Below, one piece after another: positions 1 to 10,854 of a DNA stretch of 64,000 bases. This DNA is from Alphaproteobacteria bacterium. GTDB lineage: Bacteria > Pseudomonadota > Alphaproteobacteria > Bin95. Position 1 is the first letter of the stretch; each line of letters starts with the position of its first letter. Location of the stretch: contig CAXXWS020000002.1 of assembly GCA_963665325.3 (NCBI GenBank), positions 896,001 to 960,000 of the forward strand, in the 5' to 3' direction. Below the pieces are notes generated by a model, which saw only the letters and a program-made list of their open reading frames with translations, did not search any database and was not told where the DNA came from. The translations under genes were made by a program, and so were the position numbers.

Positions 1-1078
1 CGTCATCGCGGAATGCCGGGCTCTCGACCGCCCAGCCTTCAGGCAGCGCATCGGAGAAATCCGACACGACGACACCGTTGCGGGTCCGGCGCAGCTCCAG
101 TTCCACGCTTTCGCCCCAGCGCACCGCCAGCGTCTCTCGACGGACCGAATCGACTTCCGGGTGCGTAACGACATCGGCGGTGTCGGTGTGGGGTGTGGTC
201 AATCCCCATGCAATGCTGCCGTTATGCCCGAGCACCATCAGGGGAACGCCGGGCGCCGTGGCGCCGGCCAGCGTGCCTTCCGGCGTCTCGATACGCGCCA
301 GATACCAGATGTTCGGGATCGAGAAGCCGAGATGCGGATCGTTGGCGAGCACGGTCGGTTCGCTGACGGCCCAGACATTCGAGGCGCCGCCGCTTCCGAC
401 GCCCGGCAGGGTTACGGGATCGTCCACGGCCGAGAGCGGCCAGAGGTCCTCTATCTGTTCCTGCGTCAGCCGCTCGGCCATGCGCGCGCGCATGGCCTCT
501 GCCTGCCAATTGCCGATGAGCCTAAAGGCCATCATCCGCCCCCAGATCATGGAATCGGCGATCCGCCAAGGCTCGGGTTCGTAGAACAGTAGGGCGACTT
601 CCCAAGGCAATGCGCCGGCGCGCGCGCCGAGCCAGGCATTGACGCCGGCGGCGTAGGCTTCGGCCGTGCGGCGAAGGTCGGGCGGCAGAGCGGCCGCTTG
701 GCCTTCTGCCTGCTGCAAGAGGCCGAGGCCGCGCGTATAGCGGTCGAGGCCGAGCGCCATGCTCCCGACAAGTTCGCTCATGCGCCCTGACCCCCCGCGG
801 CGCATGAGTTCCATTTGCGCGAACCGGTCCTGGGCGTGTGCGTAGCCGAGACCGAAGGCGGCGTCGGTCCTGTTGTCGGCCCGGATGGTCGGCACGCCGT
901 AGCGGTCGCGCAGAAGCTGGACGGGCCCCTCGATGCCTGCCAGCCGCAATTCTCCGTCGAGCTGCGGCAGAGAGCTGCTCAGCCAGAGCAGCACGGCACC
1001 GACCGTCATAATTGCTATAACCGGAAGAGCGACGGCGAGGCGCAGCACCCAGCGCCAGAACCGCCGCCGAAGGCTCAC
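1..1078 (-). CDS. Penicillin acylase (Ntn-hydrolase) family protein, 3' end truncated by window edge
   Basis: Manual translation from GTG 1078: N-terminal TM anchor, RDRYGVPTI, AFGLGYAHAQDR, catalytic Ser in ASNVWAV, ANDPHL, LGHNGSIAWGLT. Confidence 0.9.
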   Translation of the reverse strand, partial: MSLRRRFWRWVLRLAVALPVIAIMTVGAVLLWLSSSLPQLDGELRLAGIEGPVQLLRDRYGVPTIRADNRTDAAFGLGYAHAQDRFAQMELMRRGGSGRMSELVGSMALGLDRYTRGLGLLQQAEGQAAALPPDLRRTAEAYAAGVNAWLGARAGALPWEVALLFYEPEPWRIADSMIWGRMMAFRLIGNWQAEAMRARMAERLTQEQIEDLWPLSAVDDPVTLPGVGSGGASNVWAVSEPTVLANDPHLGFSIPNIWYLARIETPEGTLAGATAPGVPLMVLGHNGSIAWGLTTPHTDTADVVTHPEVDSVRRETLAVRWGESVELELRRTRNGVVVSDFSDALPEGWAVESPAFRDD

Positions 1079-1088
1079 GGCAGCCAGC

Positions 1089-2270
1089 TCACGGGGAGGC
1101 TGCGGCGGCGCGCACCGCCAATTCCTCCAGGATGCGTTCGCGGTCCTGATCGACGTCCGGAGCCGTCGCGCGGGCCGGTGGATCGTCGAAGCCGGAGAGC
1201 TTGATTGGATTGCCGGCGACCTCGAGCCGCCCGGCGGTCGGGTCGTCCACCTCGACCACCATGTTGCGGGGCTCCACTTGCGGATGCGCCATCACCGTGG
1301 CGATGTCATTGATGCCGCTCGCCGGGATGCCGGCCGGGTCGAGCAGTGCAAGCCAGTCGGCCGTGCTGCGGGCGACGAGCATGGACTCGATCTCCGGCTC
1401 CAGGCTCGCCTGGTTTTCGTTGCGCAGGTTGTTGGAGGCGTAGCGCGGGTCGTCCTTCAGGTCCGCCCGATCGAGAATGTCGCAGAATCGGCGGAACATG
1501 ATGTCGTTCCCCGCGGCCACCACCATCCAGCCATCCAGGGTGCGGAAGGTTTGGAACGGCGTGATCGAGGGATGCCGCCCGCCGAGCGGCCCCGGCGCCA
1601 CGCCTGTTGCGCCGTAGCGGGCGACCGCGTTCTCGCAAAGCGCGATCTGGCAGTCGAGCATGCCGATGTCGAGCTTGCGGCCCCGGCCTGTCCGGGCGCG
1701 GTCGTATAGCGCGGTCACGATGCCGATGGTCGTGAACAGCCCGGCGCCGATATCGCCGATGGACATGCCGACGCGGGTCGGCTCCTGGCCCGGCTGGCCG
1801 GTAATCGACATGATGCCGCCCATCGCCTGCACCACCATGTCATAGGCGGGACGCTTGGAATGCGGGCCGGTATGGCCGAAACCCGAGCAGGCCGCGTAGA
1901 TCAGCGCCGGATAGCGGTCCTTGAGGTCGTCCCAGCCATAGCCGAGCTTCTCCATCGTGCCGGGGCGGAAATTCTCGGCCACCACGTCGGCGCCCGCCAG
2001 CAGCGCCTCGAACACGGCGCGGTCGCCATCGCTCTTGAGGTCGAGCGCAATGCTCTCCTTGCCGCGGTTGACGGAGATGAAATAGGCGGACTTGCCGTTG
2101 ACGAACGGGCCGTATTCGCGGGCGTCGTCGCCGCGGCCGGGCGTTTCCACCTTGATGACGCGGGCGCCGAGTTCGGCGAGGATCATGGTGGAATACGGCC
2201 CCGCCAGCACGCGGGTGAGGTCGATGACGGTGACGCCGCTGAGCGGCCCCTGGGTCTCCTGGGTCGGCAT
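1089..2270 (-). CDS. CaiB/BaiF (family III) CoA-transferase
   Basis: GPLSGVTVIDLTRVLAGPY, LGARVIKVE, NRGKESIALDLK, ENFRPG. Confidence 0.93.
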   Translation of the reverse strand: MPTQETQGPLSGVTVIDLTRVLAGPYSTMILAELGARVIKVETPGRGDDAREYGPFVNGKSAYFISVNRGKESIALDLKSDGDRAVFEALLAGADVVAENFRPGTMEKLGYGWDDLKDRYPALIYAACSGFGHTGPHSKRPAYDMVVQAMGGIMSITGQPGQEPTRVGMSIGDIGAGLFTTIGIVTALYDRARTGRGRKLDIGMLDCQIALCENAVARYGATGVAPGPLGGRHPSITPFQTFRTLDGWMVVAAGNDIMFRRFCDILDRADLKDDPRYASNNLRNENQASLEPEIESMLVARSTADWLALLDPAGIPASGINDIATVMAHPQVEPRNMVVEVDDPTAGRLEVAGNPIKLSGFDDPPARATAPDVDQDRERILEELAVRAAAASP

Positions 2271-2426
2271 GGGCAAAGCGGTTCCCGGTTGCGGATACGA
2301 ACGGCCAGCATAACCCCGACCGACCCGCCGTCACAGGGGCGGAGGGCGCACATTCCCGGCTCTTCTTGAAGCCGGTCTGCGGACGGGGTATCGGTGCGGT
2401 TGGAATTTTCGGGGGGAGCGGCGCCG

Positions 2427-2714
2427 ATGGCGTTGGACCGCGAGACCGTCGAGCGCATTGCCGCGCTCGCCCGTATCGACATCGCCGAGGAGGAGCAGGA
2501 CGCCCTCGCCGGGGAGCTCAACGCGATTCTGGGCTGGGTCGAAACCCTGAACGAGGTCGATACTGAAAATGTGGCGCCGATGACCTCGGTGGGCGGCCAC
2601 AGCCTGCCCTGGCGCGCCGACAAGGTGGACGATGGCGGCTACCCGGACCGCATCCTTGCCAATGCGCCCGACGCCGCAGGCGCGTTCTTTGCCGTGCCCA
2701 AGGTGGTGGAGTGA
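2427..2714 (+). CDS. gatC: Asp/Glu-tRNA amidotransferase subunit C
   Basis: [10 protein letters not shown]...[17 protein letters not shown]; directly upstream of gatA. Confidence 0.95.
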   Translation: MALDRETVERIAALARIDIAEEEQDALAGELNAILGWVETLNEVDTENVAPMTSVGGHSLPWRADKVDDGGYPDRILANAPDAAGAFFAVPKVVE

Positions 2715-4180
2715 TGCGCCGCCTCGGCATTGCCGACATTCGCGCCGGCCTTGCGGGCGGGGATTTCTCGGCGGTCGAGCTGGTCGAAGACCGGCTGGCG
2801 GCGTTGGAGGGCGCCGAGGCGCTGAACGCCGTCGTCACGCTGATGCCCGACCGGGCGCTGGAAGCCGCGCGGGCGGCCGACCGCCGGCGCGCTGCCGGCG
2901 AGCCGGCGCTGCCGCTCGATGGTGTGCCGGTCGCGGTCAAGGACCTGTTCTGCACCGAGGGACAGCGCACCACGGCCTCGTCGGCCATGCTGGAAGGCTT
3001 CGTTCCTCCTTACGAGTCGACGGTCACGGCCAATCTCATCGCGGCCGGCGCGGCGCTTGCCGCCAAGACCAATCTCGACGAGTTCGCCATGGGCTCCTCC
3101 ACTGTGACCTCGTATTTCGGCCCGGCGATCAATCCCTGGAAGGCCGAGGCCGACTCGCGCCCGCGCGCGCCCGGCGGCTCCTCCGGCGGTTCGGCCGCGC
3201 TGGTGGCGGCGTCCGTCGTTCCGGCCGCTCTCGGCACGGACACGGGCGGCTCTATCCGCCAGCCGGCGGCCTTTTCCGGCATTGTCGGCCTCAAGCCTAC
3301 TTATGGGCGCTGCTCGCGTTGGGGCATCGTGGCTTTTGCCTCTTCGCTGGACCAGGCCGGCCCGATGACCCGGAGCGTGCGCGATGCGGCCATCCTGCTC
3401 GCCGCCATGGCGGGTCACGACCCGAAGGATTCGACCAGCGCGCAGCAGACCGTGCCCGACTTCGAGGCTGCGCTCGGCGGCGGCGTGCGGGGGCTGCGCA
3501 TCGGCGTGCCGCGCGAATATCGCGTGGACGGCATGCCCGATGAGCTGGATGCGCTCTGGAAGCGGGGCGCTGCCTGGCTGAAGGAGGCCGGTGCGGAGAT
3601 CGTCGATATCTCGCTGCCGCACACGCATTATGCCCTGCCGACCTACTACATCGTCGCGCCCGCGGAGGCGTCGTCCAACCTCGCCCGCTATGACGGGGTG
3701 CGCTACGGCCTGCGCGTGTCGGCTGACGCTATCGAGGAGCAGTATGCGCGCACCCGGCGCGCCGGCTTCGGGGCCGAGGTGCGCCGGCGGGTGCTGATCG
3801 GCACCTATGTGCTCTCCGCCGGCTACTATGATGCTTACTATACCAAGGCGCAGCGTGTGCGCCGGCTGATCGCGCGCGATTTCGAGCAGGCGTTCGAGGC
3901 GGTCGATGCGGTGCTGACGCCAACTGCGCCGACCGCCGCGTTCCCGCTCGGGGAGAAGATGGACGACCCGATTGCGATGTATCTGAACGATGTCTTCACC
4001 GTGCCAGCGAGCCTGGCGGGCCTGCCCGCGGTTTCGCTGCCGGCCGGGTTGGACAGCGAGGGCATGCCGCTCGGCTTGCAGCTCATTGGAAGGCCGTTCG
4101 ACGAGGAGACGGTGTTGCGTGCGGCCGAAGCGCTGGAAGAGGCTGCCGGCTTCGACGTCGAGCCGGAGTTCGTGCTGTGA
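2711..4180 (+). CDS. gatA: Asp/Glu-tRNA amidotransferase subunit A
   Basis: Amidase signature [32 protein letters not shown]. Confidence 0.97.
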   Translation: MMRRLGIADIRAGLAGGDFSAVELVEDRLAALEGAEALNAVVTLMPDRALEAARAADRRRAAGEPALPLDGVPVAVKDLFCTEGQRTTASSAMLEGFVPPYESTVTANLIAAGAALAAKTNLDEFAMGSSTVTSYFGPAINPWKAEADSRPRAPGGSSGGSAALVAASVVPAALGTDTGGSIRQPAAFSGIVGLKPTYGRCSRWGIVAFASSLDQAGPMTRSVRDAAILLAAMAGHDPKDSTSAQQTVPDFEAALGGGVRGLRIGVPREYRVDGMPDELDALWKRGAAWLKEAGAEIVDISLPHTHYALPTYYIVAPAEASSNLARYDGVRYGLRVSADAIEEQYARTRRAGFGAEVRRRVLIGTYVLSAGYYDAYYTKAQRVRRLIARDFEQAFEAVDAVLTPTAPTAAFPLGEKMDDPIAMYLNDVFTVPASLAGLPAVSLPAGLDSEGMPLGLQLIGRPFDEETVLRAAEALEEAAGFDVEPEFVL

Positions 4181-5616
4181 GCGCCGTCATCGAAGGCCGG
4201 GACGGCGTGTGGGAATACGCTATCGGTCTGGAGGTCCATGCGCAGGTGGCCTCGGCGGCGAAGCTGTTCTCCGGGGCGCCGACCGACTTCGGCGCTGACC
4301 CCAATTCCCAGGTCAGCCTCGTCGATGCTGCCATGCCGGGCATGCTGCCGGTCATCAACCGGGTCTGTATCGAGCAGGCGGTCCGCACCGGCCTCGGCTT
4401 CGGCGGCACTATCGCCCGCCACTCGGTGTTCGACCGCAAGAACTACTTCTACCCGGACCTGCCGCAGGGCTACCAGATCTCGCAATATTCCGACCCCGTC
4501 GTGGTGGGCGGGACGGTGGAGATTCCGGAGCGCACCGTGCGGATCACCCGCCTGCACCTGGAGCAGGACGCGGGCAAGAGCGTGCATGATCGCGACCCGG
4601 ACCGGACCCTGATCGACCTGAACCGCTCCGGCGTGGCGCTGATGGAGATCGTGAGCGAACCGGACATGCGCAGCCCCGAGGAGGCCGCTGAGTTCCTCAC
4701 GCGCCTCCGCGCCCTGCTGCGTTGGCTCGGCACCTGCGACGGCAACATGCAGGAGGGCTCATTGCGCTGCGACGCGAACGTGTCGGTGCGCCGACCCGGC
4801 GCGGAACTCGGCACGCGCACGGAGATCAAGAACCTGAATTCGATCCGCTTCCTCCGCGAAGCCATCGAATATGAGGGACAGCGCCAGGTCGGGGTTCTCG
4901 AGTCGGGCGGCGAGATCGAGCAGGAGACCCGGCTGTTCGATCCCGACCGGGGCGAGACCCGCGCGATGCGCACCAAGGAAGACGCGCACGATTACCGCTA
5001 TTTCCCCGATCCGGACCTGCTGCCTCTGGAACTCGACGAGGCCTTTATCGAGGACATCCGCACCTCCATGCCGGAACTGCCGGAGGCGCGGCGCGAGCGC
5101 TTCGTCGAGCAACTCGGCCTCTTGGATTACGACGCCGAACTGCTGACGGCGGAGCGTGCCCGCGCCGACTATTTCGAAGCCGCTTCCGAGGGACGGGACG
5201 CCAAGCAGGCCGCGAATTGGGTCGCGGGCGAACTGCTCGGGCGGCTGAACAAGGAGGGGCTGGAGATCGAAGCCGCGCCCATTCCCGCGGCCGGGCTCGG
5301 CGAACTCATCGACCTGGTCTCCGACGGCACGCTCTCGGGACGCATGGGCCGCGAGGTGTTCGAGGCCATGTGGGAAACCGGCCGGCCCGCCCCCGCCATT
5401 GTCGAGGAACGGGGCCTGAAGCAGATCTCGGACACGGGCGCGCTGGAATCGCTGGTGGAAGAATTACTGACGGGCGAGCCCGACAAGGTGGAAGAATACC
5501 GCGCCGGCAGGACGAAGCTGCTCGGCTTCTTCGTCGGGCAGGTGATGAAGGCGACCGGCGGCAAGGCCAATCCGAAAGTGGTGAACGAACTTCTGCGGGC
5601 CAGACTGGAGGAATAG
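4177..5616 (+). CDS. gatB: Asp/Glu-tRNA amidotransferase subunit B
   Basis: [38 protein letters not shown]-terminal YqeY domain. Confidence 0.97.
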   Translation: MSAVIEGRDGVWEYAIGLEVHAQVASAAKLFSGAPTDFGADPNSQVSLVDAAMPGMLPVINRVCIEQAVRTGLGFGGTIARHSVFDRKNYFYPDLPQGYQISQYSDPVVVGGTVEIPERTVRITRLHLEQDAGKSVHDRDPDRTLIDLNRSGVALMEIVSEPDMRSPEEAAEFLTRLRALLRWLGTCDGNMQEGSLRCDANVSVRRPGAELGTRTEIKNLNSIRFLREAIEYEGQRQVGVLESGGEIEQETRLFDPDRGETRAMRTKEDAHDYRYFPDPDLLPLELDEAFIEDIRTSMPELPEARRERFVEQLGLLDYDAELLTAERARADYFEAASEGRDAKQAANWVAGELLGRLNKEGLEIEAAPIPAAGLGELIDLVSDGTLSGRMGREVFEAMWETGRPAPAIVEERGLKQISDTGALESLVEELLTGEPDKVEEYRAGRTKLLGFFVGQVMKATGGKANPKVVNELLRARLEE

Positions 5617-5621
5617 AGGAC

Positions 5622-6392
5622 ATGGCGAAGGACAAGGCGGTTCTGATTACCGGAGCCGGCAGCGGCATCGGGGAAGCCTGCGCGCATGCGTTCGCGGCTG
5701 CGGGCGCGCGTCTGGCGTTGGCGGACATCGACCGGGCGGCGGCGGAGCGGGTCGCGGAGGCCTGCGGCGGCGTGGCAGCGGTCATCGAGGCCGATTGCGG
5801 CGATGTCGCTTCCATCGAGGCGATGGTGGAAGCGGCCGCCGGCGCGTTGGGCGGCCTCGACGCCTCGGTCAACAATGCCGGCGTCACCCGTCATGCGGAC
5901 ATCATGGACCTGACGGAGCATGACTGGGACCGCATCCACCGGGTGAATTCCAAGGGCGTCTTCTTCTGCCTGCAGAGCGTGGCGCGGCAGATGATCGCCC
6001 AGGGCAGGGGCGGGCGCATCGTCAACATCGCCTCGATTGCCGGACGCGGTTTCAAGGGGACTTCCAACGCCGCTTACGCCGCCAGCAAGGGCGCCGTCAT
6101 CTCGCTCACCAAGACCGCGGCCCAGCAATTGGGACGCCACGACATCAATGTGAACGCGGTCTGCCCGGGCGTGACCTTCACCGCTCTGGTGGAACAGCTC
6201 GTCCGCGACCGGTCCGCCGCGCGCGGCATCTCTGCCGACGAGATGCGCCGGAGCATGGAGGCCCCGATCCCCATCGGGCGGGGCAACGATCCTGCCGACA
6301 TCGCCGCGCTTTGCGTGTTCCTGGCCGGGCCTGACGCCCGCAATGTCACCGGGCAGGCCTGGAACGTGGACGGGGGGCTGGTGCCCAGCTGA
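5622..6392 (+). CDS. SDR family oxidoreductase
   Basis: TGAGSGIG, NNAG, YAASK, NVDGG; GAGGA RBS before ATG 5622. Confidence 0.93.
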   Translation: MAKDKAVLITGAGSGIGEACAHAFAAAGARLALADIDRAAAERVAEACGGVAAVIEADCGDVASIEAMVEAAAGALGGLDASVNNAGVTRHADIMDLTEHDWDRIHRVNSKGVFFCLQSVARQMIAQGRGGRIVNIASIAGRGFKGTSNAAYAASKGAVISLTKTAAQQLGRHDINVNAVCPGVTFTALVEQLVRDRSAARGISADEMRRSMEAPIPIGRGNDPADIAALCVFLAGPDARNVTGQAWNVDGGLVPS

Positions 6393-6401
6393 CCCGGGCG
6401 T

Positions 6402-7253
6402 TCAGCCCTCTATTTCGAGAACGCGGAGGCGGGCGCTTCCCGCTTCCAGTTCGGCGCCGTCTTCGATGCGGTCGAGGCGCAGCAGCGCGAGGCCAAGGCC
6501 GTTCCGGCTGGAGCGCATTTCCCCGACCGGCCGGCCTTCCGCGAGAATGCGCGTGCCGGGGTCGGCAGAGCCGTCCAGCGCCACCGGCATGAGTTGCCGG
6601 CGCACCGTGCCGCGGTAGTGCGTGCGCGCAGTTACCTCCTGCCCGACATAACAGCCCTTCTCCCAGTCCACCCCGTTCAGGCGCTCGAAGCCGCTCTCCA
6701 GCAGGAAGGCCTGGCCGGCCGGCATGTCGCGCGAGCCGTCGGGCACGCCCAGGCGGTAGCGCAGCGCCTCATAGGCGGTGAAATCGCCTTCCGGCAGTGC
6801 CGTCGGCGTGTCGGCCGCGCGGAGCAGCCGGGCCCCGAGGGCGCTGTGGCGTGGATCAATATAGGCGATGCCCCGATCGAAGGGCTCGGTGTCGCCCGGC
6901 CCGGCATCGGCGAGGCCGAAATGCGCGGCTCCATCCGGCGCTGCCTCGACCGTCCATGATGCGCTCACATCATCGATGGCGATCCTGGCCCGAAGCCGGT
7001 AGCGCTTGAGGCGTTTCGTAAGATCGTCCAGCCGGTCCGCTTCGCAGTCGAGATAAACGGTCCCGCTATCTTCGACGACGAAGACGTCGTGCAGGAACTT
7101 GCCCTGCGGCGTCAGCAGCGCGGCATAGACGGCCTCGCCGTTGCGCACCCGTTCCATGTCGTTCGAGAGCAGCCCCTGCAGAAAGCCGTGGACGTCCTCA
7201 CCGGAAAGCGCCAGAACGCCCCGGTTGGGCAATGAAATGCAGGCGGGGATCAT
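6402..7253 (-). CDS. ygfZ: Folate-binding Fe-S repair / tRNA-modifying protein YgfZ
   Basis: KGCYVGQE signature, FLQGLLSND, LLTPQGK. Confidence 0.92.
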   Translation of the reverse strand: MIPACISLPNRGVLALSGEDVHGFLQGLLSNDMERVRNGEAVYAALLTPQGKFLHDVFVVEDSGTVYLDCEADRLDDLTKRLKRYRLRARIAIDDVSASWTVEAAPDGAAHFGLADAGPGDTEPFDRGIAYIDPRHSALGARLLRAADTPTALPEGDFTAYEALRYRLGVPDGSRDMPAGQAFLLESGFERLNGVDWEKGCYVGQEVTARTHYRGTVRRQLMPVALDGSADPGTRILAEGRPVGEMRSSRNGLGLALLRLDRIEDGAELEAGSARLRVLEIEG

Positions 7254-7302
7254 GGGCGCCTTTGTCGCCTTTCCCGCTCCAGCGCGCAAGGGATGAGAGG
7301 CC

Positions 7303-8328
7303 ATGGACCGACTGGAGATACGCTGCCCGGACGACTGGCATGTCCATTTCCGCGAGGGGGAGGTGCTGCGCGCGGTCGTGCCCTTCACAGCCCGGCAATT
7401 CGCCCGCGCCATCGTGATGCCGAACCTGGTGCCGCCGGTAACGGACGGCGCGCGCGCCCGCGCCTACCGCGACGAGATCATGGCGGCGCTGCCGCCGGAC
7501 ACGAGCTTTGAGCCGTTGATGACCTGCTATCTCACAGACGGGCTCGACCCGGCGGTCATGGAGGACGAGGTCTTCACCGCCGCCAAGCTCTACCCGGCCC
7601 ACGCGACCACCAATTCCGCCCACGGCGTGACCGACATTGCGGGCTTGCGCCCCGTGCTGGAGCGGATGCAGCGACTCGGCAAGCCGCTGCTCATCCACGG
7701 CGAGGTGACGCATCCGGAGGTCGATGTCTTCGACCGCGAGGCGGTGTTCGTGGAGACCGTGCTGGCCGGCCTCCGGCGCGACTTCCCGGAGCTGAAGATC
7801 GTGCTGGAGCATGTCACCACGGCGGACGGCATCGCTTTCGTGGAGGAAGCGGACGGGCCGACCGCGGCCACGATCACGCCGCACCATCTCGTCATCGACC
7901 GCAACGACCTGCTAGTGGGCGGCATACGCCCGCACCTCTACTGCCTGCCGGTCGCCAAACGCCGCCGCCACCGGGACGCGCTGCGCCGCGCGGCGGTCTC
8001 CGGCAGTCCGCGCTTTTTCCTCGGTACCGATACCGCGCCCCATGCCGTCCGCGACAAGGAGACTGCCTGCGGTTGCGCCGGCATCTTCTGCGCACCGACG
8101 GCGCTGGAAGTCTATGCGGAGGTGTTCGACGAGGACGGCGCGCTCGACCGGCTGGAAGCCTTCGCGAGCCTGAACGGCCCTGCCTTCTACGGCCTCGCCC
8201 CAAACGAGGAACGCATTGTGCTGGAACGCTTGCCGGTCGAGGCTCCCGGCCCCCTCGCCGTCGGCGGCGACTCGATCCTCCCCTTCCGCGCCGGCGAACG
8301 CCTGGAGTGGCGGATTGGGGAAGCCTGA
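7303..8328 (+). CDS. pyrC: Dihydroorotase, short homodimeric (E. coli-type)
   Basis: PDDWHVHFR, AIVMPNL, KLYPAHATTNS, FLGTDTAPH. Confidence 0.96.
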   Translation: MDRLEIRCPDDWHVHFREGEVLRAVVPFTARQFARAIVMPNLVPPVTDGARARAYRDEIMAALPPDTSFEPLMTCYLTDGLDPAVMEDEVFTAAKLYPAHATTNSAHGVTDIAGLRPVLERMQRLGKPLLIHGEVTHPEVDVFDREAVFVETVLAGLRRDFPELKIVLEHVTTADGIAFVEEADGPTAATITPHHLVIDRNDLLVGGIRPHLYCLPVAKRRRHRDALRRAAVSGSPRFFLGTDTAPHAVRDKETACGCAGIFCAPTALEVYAEVFDEDGALDRLEAFASLNGPAFYGLAPNEERIVLERLPVEAPGPLAVGGDSILPFRAGERLEWRIGEA

Positions 8329-8341
8329 CCTCTTATCGCAC

Positions 8342-8941
8342 TCAGTCGCGGGCAAGCGCGCATAGCGGGCGGGCGAGGAGGCGGTCCACATAGCGGCGCA
8401 ATGCCGGGAACTCTTCGAGATGGCCCAGGCGCCGTGCCCAGTTGAGGCACCATCCCACGACGATGTCGGTCACGGTGAAGCGATTTTCGACGAGATAGTC
8501 GGCCCTCGCCAGATGGGCTTCCGGCACCGCCGCGCTGCGCTTGAACATCTTCACGTTCTGCTCGAAGCCGGCGGTAATGCGCTCCTCCTCGGGCAGGACA
8601 TACGTATTGACGCCGGAGTTCCAGAGCCACGACTCCATCTCGCTAAGGCAGAATGCGGCCCACTGGTCGTGCTCGGCGCGCGCGAATGTGCCGGGTTTGG
8701 CGATCAAATCGGCAGCCGGGGCGCGGTCGGCGATATGGGTGCAGATGGCCGCGGACTCGAACAGCGCCCGTCCGTCAATGACCGCCGCCGGTATCTTGGC
8801 GAGAGGATGAAACCGCCTCAGCTCGTCCGCACCGGCCAGTTCGCGCCGGTCGATCTGGACATACGCCACGCCCGCCTCCTCCAGGGTCCACTTGCAGCGC
8901 GCTGACCGGTTGGTGCCCGTGCCGTAGAGGGTCACTTCCAT
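8342..8941 (-). CDS. Glutathione S-transferase family protein
   Basis: HPLAKIPAA, LFESAAIC, FTVTDI. Confidence 0.9.
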   Translation of the reverse strand: MEVTLYGTGTNRSARCKWTLEEAGVAYVQIDRRELAGADELRRFHPLAKIPAAVIDGRALFESAAICTHIADRAPAADLIAKPGTFARAEHDQWAAFCLSEMESWLWNSGVNTYVLPEEERITAGFEQNVKMFKRSAAVPEAHLARADYLVENRFTVTDIVVGWCLNWARRLGHLEEFPALRRYVDRLLARPLCALARD

Positions 8942-8960
8942 CGCGGTAACTCCTTTGCCC

Positions 8961-9719
8961 CTACAACCCGCCGACGAATTCCGAAATTGCATCCGCAACC
9001 CGCTCGGGCGCTTCGATGGGGGCGCCGTGGGCGAGGCCGTCGAGCACGAGAGCCCTTGCATCCGGTATCACCCGCGCGAGTTCGCGGCTCATGGCCGGGG
9101 TAGAGTTGATGTCATGCTCGGCCGTGATCGCAAGCGTGGGGCAGGCGATCCGTCCGGCCTCGCGGGCGAGTTCGCCGTCCGCTGTCGCGAATACCCGGTA
9201 GGCGGCGAGATAAGCTGCCGGGTCGTTGGCCAGCAGGCGGCGGCGGACAGCCCCGACAATCTCCGGCGCGCCCTTGCGGAAGCCTTCGGTGAACCAGCGC
9301 CGGATAGCTGACTCGGCCATGCCTCCGGGGCCGTCCCGCTCCACCATGGCGAGGCGCTGCAGTATTGCCGCGTTCTGGTGCTCGTCGCGGTCGAACACGG
9401 CGTTCATCAACACCAGTCCCCGGAGCGCCTCGGGCCGGTCGAGCGCGAAGCGTTGCGCTACCATCGCCCCCATCGAAAAGCCGACGACAACGGGTGCGGA
9501 TTCAAGGCCGTCCGTGACACTGCCCAGCGCATCGGCGAATGTCGCCAGGGTGACCTCGCCCGCCGGCATCCCGGCCTCGCCGTGGCAGGGCATGTCGAAA
9601 GCGGTGCAGTCGAGCCTGCCGGAGAGGCAGCGTATGACTCCGCCCCACATCGTCCGGTCGAGGCCGACGCCGTGGATCAGCACCACGGGCGGGGCCTTGT
9701 CGGATGCCGATACGGTCAT
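8961..9719 (-). CDS. Alpha/beta hydrolase (PcaD-like)
   Basis: LIHGVGLD, GFSMG nucleophile elbow, C-terminal His (GLAHG); overlaps LLM stop. Confidence 0.88.
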   Translation of the reverse strand: MTVSASDKAPPVVLIHGVGLDRTMWGGVIRCLSGRLDCTAFDMPCHGEAGMPAGEVTLATFADALGSVTDGLESAPVVVGFSMGAMVAQRFALDRPEALRGLVLMNAVFDRDEHQNAAILQRLAMVERDGPGGMAESAIRRWFTEGFRKGAPEIVGAVRRRLLANDPAAYLAAYRVFATADGELAREAGRIACPTLAITAEHDINSTPAMSRELARVIPDARALVLDGLAHGAPIEAPERVADAISEFVGGL

Positions 9720-10753
9720 GCGAAGGCGGGCATCACTTCGTCGATGAACAGGCCGAGCGACTTCCGCTTCTCGCTGAACGGCATGCCGTTGTCGATCCAT
9801 AGGCTGTACTGGTCGAAGCCCATCGCCTCGTAGGTCTTGAGTCGCCTGGTCACCTCCTCCGGCGTGCCGACCGCATTGTTGGCGCGCATCGCCTCGGGCG
9901 AGAAGATTTCGAGCTTCGCCATCTCCTCCTCCGAGAGCGGTTCCATCATGCCCTGGCTGATCGGCCGCTCGTTGCGGAACCAGGCGCCGAAGTGGCAATA
10001 GAACCGGCTGAGCGCCCGCGCGCCCTCGGCGACGGCCTCTTCGTCCGCGCCGACATGGGTGTGGCGCAGCAGCATGATCTTCGGCCGCGGCACTTCCGGG
10101 CACGCGGCGCACGCATCCTCGAACCGCTGCATCAGCCGCTCCACTTCGTCGTCGCCCTGCCAGAGCGGCGCCACCTGCACATTGCACCGCTCGGATACCG
10201 CAAATTTGTGGCTGTCGGGATCGCGGGCGGCGATCCACAGCGGCGGGTGCGGGCGCTGGACGGGTTTCGGCGACGACGTGGTCTTCGGGAACTGCCAGCG
10301 CTCGCCGTCATGGGCATAGTCGCCCTGCCAGAGCTTCTTTACCGCCGGCACCGTTTCTCGGAGCGCGGCGCCTGCGGAGGCCGCATCGAGGCCCGGCGAC
10401 AGCCGCTCATATTCGAAGCTGTAGGCGCCGCGCGCGATCCCCAGTTCCAGCCGCCCGCCGGTCACGATATCGGCCAGCGCCGCCTCGCCCGCCAGCTTTA
10501 TCGGGTGCCAGAAGGGCGCCACGATGGCGCCGGTGCCGAGGCGGACATTCTTCGTCCTGTTCGCAATGTCGGCGAGCGTGATGAACGGGTTCGGCGTGAT
10601 GGTGAAATCCATCCCGTGATGCTCGCCCGTCCAGATGGCCTCGAAGCCGCCGTCGTCGGCCATTTGGCAGAGTTCCAGGGACTCCCGGTAGAGCTCGGCA
10701 TGGTCCCGGTCCGGCGTCAACCGCTCCATGTGGACGAAGAGGGAGAATTGCAT
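9716..10753 (-). CDS. LLM-class flavin-dependent oxidoreductase
   Basis: WTGEHH, VRLGTG, GRLELGIARG, PKPVQRPHPPLW. Confidence 0.92.
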   Translation of the reverse strand: MQFSLFVHMERLTPDRDHAELYRESLELCQMADDGGFEAIWTGEHHGMDFTITPNPFITLADIANRTKNVRLGTGAIVAPFWHPIKLAGEAALADIVTGGRLELGIARGAYSFEYERLSPGLDAASAGAALRETVPAVKKLWQGDYAHDGERWQFPKTTSSPKPVQRPHPPLWIAARDPDSHKFAVSERCNVQVAPLWQGDDEVERLMQRFEDACAACPEVPRPKIMLLRHTHVGADEEAVAEGARALSRFYCHFGAWFRNERPISQGMMEPLSEEEMAKLEIFSPEAMRANNAVGTPEEVTRRLKTYEAMGFDQYSLWIDNGMPFSEKRKSLGLFIDEVMPAFA

Positions 10754-10854
10754 CGCTCGACCTCCGGAAGCCAATGTGGAGAAGGCTCCGCGCCCTCATA
10801 TCACGACTTACCGTTTTTTGCCGCCCGGAATCCGTCCCTCGCTTCGCGCCCGGC